From the NCBI GenBank assembly GCA_963662285.2, contig CAXXMV010000008.1:448001-512000 (forward strand): DNA of 64,000 bases. Direction: 5' to 3'. Source of the stretch: a bacterium. GTDB taxonomy: Bacteria > Hinthialibacterota > Hinthialibacteria > Hinthialibacterales > Hinthialibacteraceae. A program made the translations under genes and the position numbers. Shown here piece by piece: positions 1 to 10,319 of this stretch (the stretch's first letter is position 1; the number at the start of each line of letters is the position of its first letter). The notes beneath the pieces are model-generated. The model saw nothing but the letters and a program-made list of their open reading frames with translations. It was not told where the DNA came from and ran no database searches.

Positions 1-1
1 A

Positions 2-355
2 TCTATACCAACAGCCCATGCTACATCGCATGAGGTATGGGGGATATCATTCACCCGCGCAATCTTTTCCGTTCCCGGACATGTATTGTTTTCAGTGATG
101 TGGGGGTACGCCTTGGGCGCCGCCAAGTTTATGCATGATCAAGCCTATGGCAGAAGATTGGTAGTGCATGGATTGATATTATCAATGGTTCTACATGGCG
201 TCTTTAATTCGGTATTAAATTCCCCCTTGGCGCTGGGCTTGCTTTTGCTTTTTATGTTTGCCGCTTGGCGCATGGTGCGCAAACGCATCACCACAGCGTT
301 AATGAATTCACCCTTCTCTAAACAGGTTGCCGCCGAACGTGAATTTGATGAATAA
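2..355 (+). CDS. PrsW-family intramembrane metalloprotease, 3' part (truncated by window start)
   Basis: Frame open from base 2: ...FTRAIFSVPGHVLFSVMWGYALG...LHGVFN, matching PrsW motifs R-x3-SVP-x-H and H-x2-[FY]N; hydrophobic helices. Confidence 0.75.
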   Translation, partial: SIPTAHATSHEVWGISFTRAIFSVPGHVLFSVMWGYALGAAKFMHDQAYGRRLVVHGLILSMVLHGVFNSVLNSPLALGLLLLFMFAAWRMVRKRITTALMNSPFSKQVAAEREFDE

Positions 356-365
356 CCACCTACGC

Positions 366-394
366 GTAGGGTGGGTCGCGCCTCATCGACCCAC
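366..394. repeat. GTAG-type REP-like palindrome (family A-like)
   Basis: GTAGGGTGGGTCG-cgcctcat-CGACCCACC between convergent genes. Confidence 0.6.
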
Positions 395-451
395 CGAAAA
401 ACCACCACCGATAACAAACCACTCCCCACTAAACACTTGCAACCAAACCGC

Positions 452-1498
452 CTACTTCGCCAGATAATTCCCAAAGCCTACGATAATGGTAGACAAGATC
501 AACACGCCTATTCCAGTCCAGACCAGCGCATGGGTCTTCTTGCCGACGCCTTTCCATTCGCGGAATATCCATCCCCAAATATTTGAGAAAATAATGATAA
601 AGGCCATGTGGATCGTCCAGCTGGAGAAATCATATTTCCCCATCTGGGTAGTTCCCATGCCGTAAAACATAAACTGCAAATACCAGGTTATTCCGGCTAA
701 CGCGGAAAAAATGTAATTCAACAGCATGGGCGTTTCAACGGTTTTGATATAATCGCACCAGGAGTTATTCTTGAAATTAAGATACAAGCACCAGATAAAA
801 TTTGTAGTGAATCCGCCAGCTAGGATAATGATGAAAACCGGAGTGTTCTGCCATAAATCCGGAGTCCCCATTTGAACAGCCAGTTCTGCAATCGGTTTGC
901 CGGTATTGATGCCGAACGACATGCAGGCGCTCATCACGCCTGCGAATAACGCCACCCACACGCCTTTCCAGAAATTGAATTCACGGATAGTTTGTTGTTT
1001 TTCCTCAGATGGAATCTCTTTCTCTTTACGGATGCCAGCCGCCCCGCAAAACGAGATGCCGATCATACAAGCGGCGACGCCGGACAATACTACAATCCCT
1101 GAAAGGCTGCCAATCAGCTCGCCAAACTGGTTCTGAAATAATGGAGGAATTATAGTGCCAAATGCCGCGCAGAATCCCAAGGCCAACGCATAGCCCAGCG
1201 ACATGCCCAGATAACGCATGGAAAGGCCGAAAGTCAATCCGCCGACGCCCCATAAGACGCCGAAGAAATAACTCCATAATACAGCATTCCCCGGCGATGA
1301 AGATAGCACTTCCAATAAGTTGGGAACGGTTAACAGAGCGACAATCCAGGGAGTGATAAGCCAACTGAATACGCCGCCGATCAGCCAATAACTTTCCCAT
1401 GACCAATTGCGGACTTTTTTGAATGGAATATAAAAACTGGCGGCGGCCAATCCGCCAATAGCATGAAGACATACGCCAAGAAATGGATTAATATCCAT
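452..1498 (-). CDS. rhaT: L-rhamnose/proton symporter RhaT
   Basis: HAIGGLAAASFYIPFKKVRNWSWESYW, GLTFGLSMRYLGMSLG, LQFMFYGMG, SSWTIHMA; ~10 TM; ATG start chosen at 1498. Confidence 0.9.
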   Translation of the reverse strand: MDINPFLGVCLHAIGGLAAASFYIPFKKVRNWSWESYWLIGGVFSWLITPWIVALLTVPNLLEVLSSSPGNAVLWSYFFGVLWGVGGLTFGLSMRYLGMSLGYALALGFCAAFGTIIPPLFQNQFGELIGSLSGIVVLSGVAACMIGISFCGAAGIRKEKEIPSEEKQQTIREFNFWKGVWVALFAGVMSACMSFGINTGKPIAELAVQMGTPDLWQNTPVFIIILAGGFTTNFIWCLYLNFKNNSWCDYIKTVETPMLLNYIFSALAGITWYLQFMFYGMGTTQMGKYDFSSWTIHMAFIIIFSNIWGWIFREWKGVGKKTHALVWTGIGVLILSTIIVGFGNYLAK

Positions 1499-1692
1499 TG
1501 GTTCCCCCAATTATGAGATGATTTAAAATATTATATTGGATCATAGATAATATATGAACGCAAGAGTAGAGCATCATCTTTCTTATGCAATATTATCCTT
1601 TTGACGCTATAACCTTCGACCTTACATCCCCTCTCCCATCGGGAGAGATAAAGGGTAGGGGGGTAATCAAATAACACTACCAGTAAACCGCC

Positions 1693-2553
1693 CTACTTAT
1701 TCCAGAAGTACTGAAACAGTAAAAGATCCAACTGGTTCACCGATCCATCTGCGTTAATATCGGCGCTGGATTGCAAACCAGGATCGATGGTCGGTATAGG
1801 GGTTGGCGTCGGCGGAATGGGAGTCGGAGTCGGCGGGCCAACAATTACGGGGGTAAAGGTAGGCGTAGGAGTGGGCGTACCTTCTATCTCATAGACGATA
1901 TCCAGCATGTTAATCACATGCCAGGGCGCATCTTCATCACGACTTGTATTATCATTTGCATCAGAAACCGAAAAAGCCAGAAAATTCTTTTTTAGCGAAT
2001 ATTCAAAAATACTGCGTGATTCTCCCGGAGGAGGAGTAGCGCTTCGGGCGGGAATGCCTAAATTCAGCTTTTGCCCTGTTTCAAAATGATAAAACCGCAT
2101 AATTGTATTATAGGCTTTCTTATCTCCATCGATATCTATTCCCTCATCGGCTTCGTCAAATAAAAAAACCATATATTTTCCATCATCCGGTAAACGCACC
2201 GATCCGGGAATACCATCTTCATTGGTATCGAATAACTTGTTGTTATCGGGTTCCCAGATAAAGAAGCGCTTATTATCATCGAATCCGGTATTATCTGAAA
2301 AGATGATTCTGTCATCAGTAATTGCTTCGAGATGCACATCAACGATACGCTGCACATCAACTTTCAACCGGCTAATAGGGGTTGGAGTTTTACTGATTTT
2401 CACTGTATTGGAAATACCATAAACAGTAGGATATGGAGTAATATTCTGAGCAATGCCTAATACCGGCGAGACGCACAATGCCAGAAAAAACAGGGTGATG
2501 ATAAAGAATGACTTTGCGCATAATAGAAAACAGGAGAAACGATCTCGGAACAC
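1693..2553 (-). CDS. Secreted protein with Pro/Thr linker and C-terminal dockerin/EF-hand-like motif
   Basis: Signal-peptide-like N-terminus, TPTPTPT...PPTPTPIP linker, tail ADINADGSVNQLDLLLFQYFWNK; start uncertain. Confidence 0.65.
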   Translation of the reverse strand: MFRDRFSCFLLCAKSFFIITLFFLALCVSPVLGIAQNITPYPTVYGISNTVKISKTPTPISRLKVDVQRIVDVHLEAITDDRIIFSDNTGFDDNKRFFIWEPDNNKLFDTNEDGIPGSVRLPDDGKYMVFLFDEADEGIDIDGDKKAYNTIMRFYHFETGQKLNLGIPARSATPPPGESRSIFEYSLKKNFLAFSVSDANDNTSRDEDAPWHVINMLDIVYEIEGTPTPTPTFTPVIVGPPTPTPIPPTPTPIPTIDPGLQSSADINADGSVNQLDLLLFQYFWNK

Positions 2554-2766
2554 GATTTGAACCTCTCTAAAAACAAGTTTAGGATTATTGTAGCACTATA
2601 GGAATATATCCCAATTGAAAGAGTTTTGCCCGAAAAAAATGTTTTTATTTCAGAGGGTTCTAGAGTGGTTGTCGTAACAATGTTTTGATTGGCGTATACG
2701 AAGACCAAACTTGATAATAAACGAAATATATTTTCAGAACATATTTTAAACAATCGCTCTATACTA

Positions 2767-3723
2767 TTAATTGATGCTCAGATAATTGATATATTCAGCA
2801 GGGTTTATGTTTTTTGCATTAACCCTTGTTTTATTAGGCGTGAGTTTTTTCGAATTACCAGAATGGTTTTGTTGGTTGAATAAAACCGATTGACTCGAAG
2901 GTAATATAATTCCGGAAAGCGGCATGGCATAGTCACCCTCAATGTTATCAACATCCTCAGATTTATCGATGCTCAGCATTTTATATTTATGAAGGCATAA
3001 AAAAGCATCGGCGTCGCCTTCAATGAAAGAGTAATCATTAAATTGATTCGCTGCATAAGTATGTGAATGCATCACAACTGCGTCAGAAACGTATTGAATC
3101 AGATACCCTTTACGTTTAGCCCAGCATCCCCATTCGAAATCCTCGGCGCCCCATGCATCTATCGAGAATGGTCTTTCCTGCCAGATTGATCTACGTATAG
3201 CAGCGAAAGACATAGAGAATGGAATATAATCCGGAGCAACGCCTTTTTCTGGAAATGCTTTTTGATAACAAGGTCTGATCCAAGATTCAGCATCTATGCG
3301 TGGAACCTGACGTCCAAAAGCGGCCTTAACCGCGGGATTATCGAATGAACCAACAAGGCGTTTTAAGGCATAGGGAGAGACCAACGGAGCATCTGCATTA
3401 AGAAATACGATCATATCACCATTGGTTGTACTGATTGTATTATTTAAGACATGACCTGTACTATAAGTATTTGAATTAACTTTATAGCGTATGCAATTAT
3501 ATTCGCGAACAATATCTCTAGTGCGATCAGTTGAACTGTAGTCAATCACGATCAGTTCATACTTTTCATAAGCCTGCATAAAAAGAGAAGTCAATGTTTC
3601 TCCAATTACATGTTCCGAATTATTAGTCCGGATGATAATCGATACAGGAATATTGTTATTTTTGAGTATAACCATGATTAATATCCTGTTTTTTACATAA
3701 TTGAGAAAATCAAAATTCTCCAC
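2767..3723 (-). CDS. GT2-family glycosyltransferase (rhamnosyltransferase-like)
   Basis: VSIIIRTNN, IVIDYSSTDRT, VFLNADA, FGRQVPR, AEDFEW, VMHSH; AT-rich, C-terminus looks divergent. Confidence 0.8.
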   Translation of the reverse strand: MENFDFLNYVKNRILIMVILKNNNIPVSIIIRTNNSEHVIGETLTSLFMQAYEKYELIVIDYSSTDRTRDIVREYNCIRYKVNSNTYSTGHVLNNTISTTNGDMIVFLNADAPLVSPYALKRLVGSFDNPAVKAAFGRQVPRIDAESWIRPCYQKAFPEKGVAPDYIPFSMSFAAIRRSIWQERPFSIDAWGAEDFEWGCWAKRKGYLIQYVSDAVVMHSHTYAANQFNDYSFIEGDADAFLCLHKYKMLSIDKSEDVDNIEGDYAMPLSGIILPSSQSVLFNQQNHSGNSKKLTPNKTRVNAKNINPAEYINYLSIN

Positions 3724-3961
3724 CTAATTAATTGTTTATTTTCGTTTTAATAAGCAAAAGATTTGCCAAATATACGGATAAATTTATATATAGACATAAG
3801 TTACATGTAATCAATTACATATCTTAATAAAAAAATATATCACAGGGGATTTATAACAAAGCAAAAAAGCAAGCCTAATTTGTTTTTTAAAAAATGAGAA
3901 TAATTTTGGAGATATTAAAAAGATGATGTAAACTTATAAAAGAAGATGATTTGGCAGACTT

Positions 3962-5428
3962 TTAACTTGCCTCTATTTTATGCTTATCACAATATAACAA
4001 CCTAAATTCCCAAATCATTAAGACGAAAAAAGGTATATATTCAATTTGCCTTGAATATGGTAGATAATCCCAAGGATCGAGAGTGAAGAAAGTATAGTAT
4101 ATGAAAATGCTTATTGATAAATATAACCATGAAGGGCGAATGCAGAAACATAAAAAGGGAACAATCCAGGTTATATACCATGGATTGCATACCGGACTAC
4201 ATATCAGGATTGCGCCTACTATATAAAAAGTATAATTAAGTTGCTGATTATAATCGATTTCGGGATTACGAAACGACTTCCATATCAAAATCAACGATAA
4301 CCCGGCAACAAAGGCCGCGCATAAAGCTTTGGCAAGCAGGAATGAATCGAAACTGAACATAACTCCTGTAAAAGTAAACAGTTCCCCGCCCTCTCCCCAT
4401 TGAGGAATTCCAATTATTCCCAATACATATTCCAATACAACAACTACGCTGCTGTTGCTTTCCCAACGGTTAGCAAATGCGGCCAAGCCGCTGGCGCCGC
4501 GTTCTCCAACGCCGCTGAATAGAAATACGCCGCCCACAATGATCCCGATGCATACAAGCCATGATTTTATCGATTGCTTTATTAACCATATCGGCGCTGA
4601 TAAAACAGGATGCACCTTGGTCAGCGCGGCGCAAGCCCAGGCGGCGCCGCAACGTTTTCCATATCCCACTACTGCAAAAAGCACGCCCAGGAATAGATCT
4701 GCCATGGCGATAACATCGAAATGAAGCGTATTGACCGTCTCTTTTAATACCAGCGGAGACCAGGCATAGACCAACACCCAAGACGGGTCGCGGCCAAAAC
4801 GCGGTAATAATATAACCAGCGACATAATCAACAAAGCGTCAAAAAATAATATCATCACCCGCCAGCCATATAACGATAGTGGATAAACTTTCGCCGCAAC
4901 TCCAAAAACCACTTGCGCGAAGGGAGGGTAAATTGTAATGACCGATGGATTATTGACTTCGGAGAGAATCTGATGAGCCGCTTTGTTTTTACGAACCACA
5001 ATTCTTAGACGATCAAGTTTTCTTTGTTCTGTTGTGGATAATCCGGCTATGGGACCGTCATCAAGCACTTCTTGAGGAGAGAACTGGTAGGGATTGTATC
5101 CATTGGAGAGTACGAATCCATCCCATAAATAACGGTAATAATCGGTCTCCAGAATTGGCTTTCCGGGGAAAAGCAAAAGCCGGAAAATCACCGCCCACAA
5201 CAGGACGACGCCTAACCTGGGCAACGAACCACCTGAAGCCATACGCCAAATAGCGAAGATATAGAAAACCGAAGCGCCGCCCAAAAGCAGCAGCAGCAAC
5301 GTCACACCACGGGTGGTTCCAGATGCATCAACATGAAACGAAAACACGCTCAACGAAACGCAGACCAAAGCTATGGCTGCACCGCATCCATGGATAATAA
5401 ACGACCGGTTCACATGTCCTGACCGCAA
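3962..5428 (-). CDS. Polytopic membrane glycosyltransferase (GT-C / GT87-like)
   Basis: DYYRYLWDG...G.NPY..SP, TIYPPFAQ, YAWSPL, HFD, NPWY motifs; many TM segments. Confidence 0.7.
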   Translation of the reverse strand: MRSGHVNRSFIIHGCGAAIALVCVSLSVFSFHVDASGTTRGVTLLLLLLGGASVFYIFAIWRMASGGSLPRLGVVLLWAVIFRLLLFPGKPILETDYYRYLWDGFVLSNGYNPYQFSPQEVLDDGPIAGLSTTEQRKLDRLRIVVRKNKAAHQILSEVNNPSVITIYPPFAQVVFGVAAKVYPLSLYGWRVMILFFDALLIMSLVILLPRFGRDPSWVLVYAWSPLVLKETVNTLHFDVIAMADLFLGVLFAVVGYGKRCGAAWACAALTKVHPVLSAPIWLIKQSIKSWLVCIGIIVGGVFLFSGVGERGASGLAAFANRWESNSSVVVVLEYVLGIIGIPQWGEGGELFTFTGVMFSFDSFLLAKALCAAFVAGLSLILIWKSFRNPEIDYNQQLNYTFYIVGAILICSPVCNPWYITWIVPFLCFCIRPSWLYLSISIFIYYTFFTLDPWDYLPYSRQIEYIPFFVLMIWEFRLLYCDKHKIEAS

Positions 5429-7011
5429 ACAGCCGGGCTGCGGTCTGAATTATCTTGATCCGGCTGGTCGCTATCTTGCTGGCCGGTATTATGCTGAATA
5501 CCGTTTTCCTGATCGTCGGGTTTGATTACCTCATACCATATATCCAGGAAGAAGGCCATGAAACACCACAGGAAGAACGAAATCAACATCCCGGCTGCAG
5601 TCATATAGGATCGCTTGGGCGACACGCGTTTGTCTGGTTTTATGGCGCGATCCACGCTGACATCAGAATAACGGATATTCTCTCCACGGCTTTGCAACAG
5701 GGCGGCCTCATCTAACAAGGGACGGATAGCGGTCAAAGCGCTGCGATGCTGATTCATATTACGACGCAGTTGTTCGATTGCAGTCTCATGGTTACGTATA
5801 GATTCTGAAAGAGTGGATATTTCACGCGTGATGCGTTTGACTTGATCCTTGACAGATAAGAGTTTTGCGTCCAATTCGTTTTTTTGTTTGAGTAGTTCCT
5901 GATACTGTTTTTCTTTATTATCAGTCATGCTTTTCAAGAAAGCATTAAGAAGAAAAACCTCTCCTTCGATTTTCTGTTGAGTGGGCAGAAATGCATCCTG
6001 ATATTGCGAGCTTATCGAGAAAGAGAGAGAATCAGCGATTTCACGCCGCTCTTTCATAAATGATTCATCTTCATCATCCAGAGAAAACGATTCTTCTTTA
6101 CTATCCGCGATACGCCGATTGGGCGCCATGCCTGTCAATTGAACCAGTTTAGAAGCCAATTCAGCCCGCGCTTGTTGGAGCTTGGATTCCTTTTCATAAT
6201 CGGCCAACGCTTTTTCTGCTTTTACTAAATCAATCTCAATACCTTTGGCTCTATCTTGAGTACGGGTAATTTCGTTCTCAATGGCTCCCCGGACAATCTC
6301 TTCAGAGCGTGCCAGGAATAAATCAAGCCAGGTATTAGCCAGCATCTTGGCGCTTGAAGCAGTATCAAACTCAGCCGAGACGCGAATTACCCGTGAATAC
6401 TCCACTTCCATATTAGTCTCACGTACCTTGGAGACGCTGGCGCTGAGCATCTTACGCAGGTCGAATACGGTTAAATCATCAAGTTCGTCTGGATCGCTTT
6501 TATAAGCCGTCTCTAATTCTTCCGCGCTTAAATGGCCTAACATATTTATCTTAACCGCCCACTGCGGATCATCTTTCTCATCCTGAGGGACAAGAAATCC
6601 AGTTAGTATAGTCAGGTTAGTATTCTGAATTTTTTCATAAATTGTCATCTTCTGCGATTTTTCGCCAAGATGCTTATCGATTGCAGTTAAGAATTCTGGA
6701 TCATCGTATAGTTGATGAACCGCCAAACGATACCATTTCAGGGAAGCAATAATCTGCTGATAAATACGATCTGACAACATAACTCCCTGATATGTAAGAA
6801 CATCGAAAGGCTTAGAAACCAGCCGCAGAGATTCTTTATATTTTGGCGTAGAAACCAGAACCCGGGCGTCCGCCCGCCAGGTCTGCGGCCATATAAGGGT
6901 TGCAAGAGCCACAAGCACGGTTACACAAATGGTTCCTGTGATAATCATTGTCCTGCGGCGGTAAAGAACGCGGAGAAAACTCACCAGATCGTAGGCAAAA
7001 GTTTGAGCCAT
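5410..7011 (-). CDS. Wzz/GumC-family polysaccharide chain-length determinant-like protein
   Basis: N-terminal DLVSFLRVLYRRR plus TM, long coiled-coil, C-terminal A..P.K.VSPKR plus TM. Confidence 0.75.
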   Translation of the reverse strand: MAQTFAYDLVSFLRVLYRRRTMIITGTICVTVLVALATLIWPQTWRADARVLVSTPKYKESLRLVSKPFDVLTYQGVMLSDRIYQQIIASLKWYRLAVHQLYDDPEFLTAIDKHLGEKSQKMTIYEKIQNTNLTILTGFLVPQDEKDDPQWAVKINMLGHLSAEELETAYKSDPDELDDLTVFDLRKMLSASVSKVRETNMEVEYSRVIRVSAEFDTASSAKMLANTWLDLFLARSEEIVRGAIENEITRTQDRAKGIEIDLVKAEKALADYEKESKLQQARAELASKLVQLTGMAPNRRIADSKEESFSLDDEDESFMKERREIADSLSFSISSQYQDAFLPTQQKIEGEVFLLNAFLKSMTDNKEKQYQELLKQKNELDAKLLSVKDQVKRITREISTLSESIRNHETAIEQLRRNMNQHRSALTAIRPLLDEAALLQSRGENIRYSDVSVDRAIKPDKRVSPKRSYMTAAGMLISFFLWCFMAFFLDIWYEVIKPDDQENGIQHNTGQQDSDQPDQDNSDRSPAVCGQDM

Positions 7012-7207
7012 GATAATCTCTTTATGTGTAAATAGAATTAATAGAAGTTATAGGAGCTTACGCAGGGAAAGAGTAGGTGTCAACCCGTTTCTTGAGCGAT
7101 TATTAAAAAATCGCATGTCAATACAGTAGTAAGAAGTCCTCGAAATAATAAGACTTATAACAAATACGGCGCTTTCAATTATCATATACTTTATTAACCG
7201 TTACGCC

Positions 7208-7236
7208 AAAAAGGCTCCCAAAAATCGGGAGCCTTT
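7208..7236 (-). terminator. Rho-independent terminator after rpmB
   Basis: AAGGCTCCC...GGGAGCCTT stem with A-run on + (U-run on -). Confidence 0.7.
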
Positions 7237-7271
7237 AGAAATGGTTTTACGAAAGATAATTCTGTTTAGAA

Positions 7272-7451
7272 TTATAAATTACCGGTGCGGATGCAGCGGG
7301 TGCATGCGCGAATACGTCTAGTCTGTCCATTACCCTTTACGGTCACCTTTTGAAGGTTGGGCATAAAGCGACGTTTGGTTTTGTTATTAGCGTGACTGAC
7401 GTTATTTCCTGAAACCGGGGCTTTCCCACAAATTGCACATACGCGAGCCAT
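7272..7451 (-). CDS. rpmB: 50S ribosomal protein L28 (59 aa, below ORF-track cutoff)
   Basis: Manual translation [59 protein letters not shown]; RBS AAGGAG upstream. Confidence 0.97.
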   Translation of the reverse strand: MARVCAICGKAPVSGNNVSHANNKTKRRFMPNLQKVTVKGNGQTRRIRACTRCIRTGNL

Positions 7452-7597
7452 TTTGAATCTCCTTGAAAGTACTTATAAGACCTACGACAAAACAGAGGTA
7501 ATTATAGCCGCCTTAACCGGATGTCCAAGGCGCACGTAACGAATTGAGCAGAGCATATCAATATATTTCACCTAGGGTAATTATAAATACACTCCAA

Positions 7598-8884
7598 TCA
7601 CTCAGCCAAATTCACATTGGCTTCTCCCACCAAGGCTTTACTGACATTACCGAAAAAGGCTTTGCGCAATGCCGAACTTTCCTTATCTTCACGTTTAGGA
7701 TGAACTGCATTGGATAACAATATGGCAGCCATCTTATGTTCTGGATCGATAGTTAGCGCGGTTCCTGTGAAGCCGGTATGACCATAAGCGGTCTTGGATG
7801 GCAAGCCGCCGATTCCACTAATCAGCATTTCATCATCCATCCCCCACCAACCAAGCAGTTGCTTACGATAACGCAAGAAACCAGAGCCATTTACAACAGA
7901 GTTCTTGGTTAATTGCGGTGTAAGCATCAATTTGATGGTTTCGTTTTTAAGAATCCTTTTACCATTAAAAATACCGCCATCAAGCAACATTTGACAGAAC
8001 ACGGCGAGATCCGTGGCGGTTGAAAATAGACCGGCGTGACCGGATACCCCCCCCATAATGCGCGAATTTTCATCGTGAACGATGCCTTTAAGGATATTCT
8101 TTCTCTGTGGATCGAATTCAGTCGAGGCGGCGTTTATACGTTCCTGCATACGGGGCAGAAATCCGGTATTAAGCATTCCAAGAGGTTCAAATATATTTTC
8201 ATAAGAGAAATGATCCAATCGCTTGCCGGAAACAGTTTCCACTATTCTACCCAGTACAATGAAACCAATGTCGCTATAAATCCTTTTTTCGCCAGGAGGA
8301 TATAGCAAAGAGAAATCTTCATCTATAGCCCGGAAATAATCTTCACGGTCAATATAGTGCATGTAAAATGGATACCATGCTTGAAGACCTGAAGTATGGG
8401 TTAATAGGTTGCGGACAGTTACTTTATCCTTGGCCCGCCCCCCAAAGGTTGGAATATATTGCACTACCGGCGCATCAAGGTTGATCTTGCCTTGTTCGAC
8501 CAAAATCATTACTGAAGTCGTAGTGGCGATCATCTTGGTTAAAGAAGCTAAATCGAAAAGAGTGTGCTCCATCATTTTATCGTTAAACGAAACGTACTCG
8601 ATCTCTTCTGAACCGGGCATGGAACGTATCATATAAGTTTGTTTATTTCCAACCGCGCGACGGGCGATGATATGACCATCTTTCAGTATAAGACCTACAG
8701 CGCCGGGGACCGCTCCTTCAGTGACAAGCGTCGTCATCGAATCAAAGGATTTATTAACGAATTCATAATCCAATCCTTTATCCCATGGATTAGCCCAAGG
8801 CAGAGGCTCGATGGCAGCGTTGCCCATAACAGATGCAGAAATAACGATTAATCCAACCAATAAAACAGAAGAATAACTTCGCAT
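7598..8884 (-). CDS. Secreted serine hydrolase, beta-lactamase/AmpC-like family
   Basis: FDLASLTK (SxxK), LLTHTSG, YSD, GHTGFTG; signal peptide. Confidence 0.88.
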   Translation of the reverse strand: MRSYSSVLLVGLIVISASVMGNAAIEPLPWANPWDKGLDYEFVNKSFDSMTTLVTEGAVPGAVGLILKDGHIIARRAVGNKQTYMIRSMPGSEEIEYVSFNDKMMEHTLFDLASLTKMIATTTSVMILVEQGKINLDAPVVQYIPTFGGRAKDKVTVRNLLTHTSGLQAWYPFYMHYIDREDYFRAIDEDFSLLYPPGEKRIYSDIGFIVLGRIVETVSGKRLDHFSYENIFEPLGMLNTGFLPRMQERINAASTEFDPQRKNILKGIVHDENSRIMGGVSGHAGLFSTATDLAVFCQMLLDGGIFNGKRILKNETIKLMLTPQLTKNSVVNGSGFLRYRKQLLGWWGMDDEMLISGIGGLPSKTAYGHTGFTGTALTIDPEHKMAAILLSNAVHPKREDKESSALRKAFFGNVSKALVGEANVNLAE

Positions 8885-8894
8885 TTTAATCTCC

Positions 8895-10202
8895 CTATAT
8901 AACTATCTGGCCTACTAAATTCCCATTTTTCAAATCAATAATATTCACTGAGACTTGATCTCCGCTTGAAACGCCATGGGGCGCGTCAAATTCCACCCTG
9001 AGATAATTGGTGGTAAATCCTGAACAATTTCCCTCATCAACCGATTCAACCAAGACAGACATTATACTACCAATATACCGTTTTTTGACTTTATCGACGA
9101 CGGCGCCGGCAATCCGGTCAAGTTCTTTACGGCGTTCTTCAATCAGTTTCGGCTCTAATTTATCACTCATTCGAAGCGCAGGAGTATCTTCCCGCGCTGA
9201 AAAACGGAAAGAATGAACTTTGCAAAATTCGCATTTATTTACCATATCTATTGTATCTTGAAAATCCTGATCAGTCTCACCGGGAAATCCGACCATGATA
9301 TCGGTGGATAACTCAAAATACGGCAACAGATTACGCGCTTTTTGGACGCGTTCATTGAAATACTCGGCTTTATACAAACGATTCATCCGACGCAGAATTC
9401 GATTAGAACCGCTCTGTAACGGTAGATGAAGGTGTGGGCATATAACGTCGCCCTTTTCCTGCATTACCTTAAAAAGTTCATCATTGGCGTGCTGAGGCTC
9501 AAACGATGATATACGGATACGCTTAATGCCATCAATTTCCGCCGCTTGAACAAGCAAATCAGGCAACGCAACATCCATCCCCCGGCCATAATAGCCCAGG
9601 CAGATTCCACAAAAAACGATTTCAGGATATCCGCCGTCAACTAATTGGCGGCATTCGTCCAGGATTTCCGGCATGGGACGGCTGCGGGCTTGCCCCCTAC
9701 CCTGCGGGATGCTGCAAAAAGTGCATTTAAGGTCGCAGCCATCTTGAATTTTGACAAAAGCGCGGGTGTGCTCGTGGAATAGTTCAATACCTTGGCTGGA
9801 ATCCCAAAGGGCGGCCTGGTCATCACAGCCCCACCCTAGATCATCCGCCAGCCGCTGCACCCATTCCGACTGTTTTTCAATAGGAACCAGTTCGTTGACT
9901 CCATCGATTTGGAGAATCTCTTCCGGCTTTCGCTCTGAATAACACCCGGTAACCATGATCCGCGCATGGGGATGGCGCCGAATCAATTTCCGAATCATCT
10001 GACGTCCCTTGCGGTCACTCTCAGCTGTGACGGAACAGGTATTAACGATAATCAAGTCAGGCGCTTCTGCATCTTCATTTATAACTAAACGATAACCGCT
10101 ATGCAGTAATTGGGCGCGAATTTTTTCAGAATCGTATTGATTTACTTTGCATCCCAGGGTTTGGATTAAAAACCGTGGAGCATTATTTTCAGTGATTGAC
10201 AT
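8895..10202 (-). CDS. mtaB: tRNA t6A37 methylthiotransferase MtaB
   Basis: TLGCKVNQYDS, NTCSVT, radical SAM GCDLKCTFC, C-terminal TRAM (GFTTNYLRV); adjacent to rsmE. Confidence 0.9.
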   Translation of the reverse strand: MSITENNAPRFLIQTLGCKVNQYDSEKIRAQLLHSGYRLVINEDAEAPDLIIVNTCSVTAESDRKGRQMIRKLIRRHPHARIMVTGCYSERKPEEILQIDGVNELVPIEKQSEWVQRLADDLGWGCDDQAALWDSSQGIELFHEHTRAFVKIQDGCDLKCTFCSIPQGRGQARSRPMPEILDECRQLVDGGYPEIVFCGICLGYYGRGMDVALPDLLVQAAEIDGIKRIRISSFEPQHANDELFKVMQEKGDVICPHLHLPLQSGSNRILRRMNRLYKAEYFNERVQKARNLLPYFELSTDIMVGFPGETDQDFQDTIDMVNKCEFCKVHSFRFSAREDTPALRMSDKLEPKLIEERRKELDRIAGAVVDKVKKRYIGSIMSVLVESVDEGNCSGFTTNYLRVEFDAPHGVSSGDQVSVNIIDLKNGNLVGQIVI

Positions 10203-10319
10203 GGCTAATTAGAATGAAACTCCTTATCAAGTGGAGTTTTTATTATATCCAATTCTTTTGAAACGGGGATTGATAGCAAGGGGAAATCTTTGTATAGAAG
10301 ATTGATAATAATTGGATAA

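Noticed and set aside
1780-1880. Short DNA repeats such as GGAGTCGGAGTCGG
   Set aside because: They simply encode the Pro/Thr linker.
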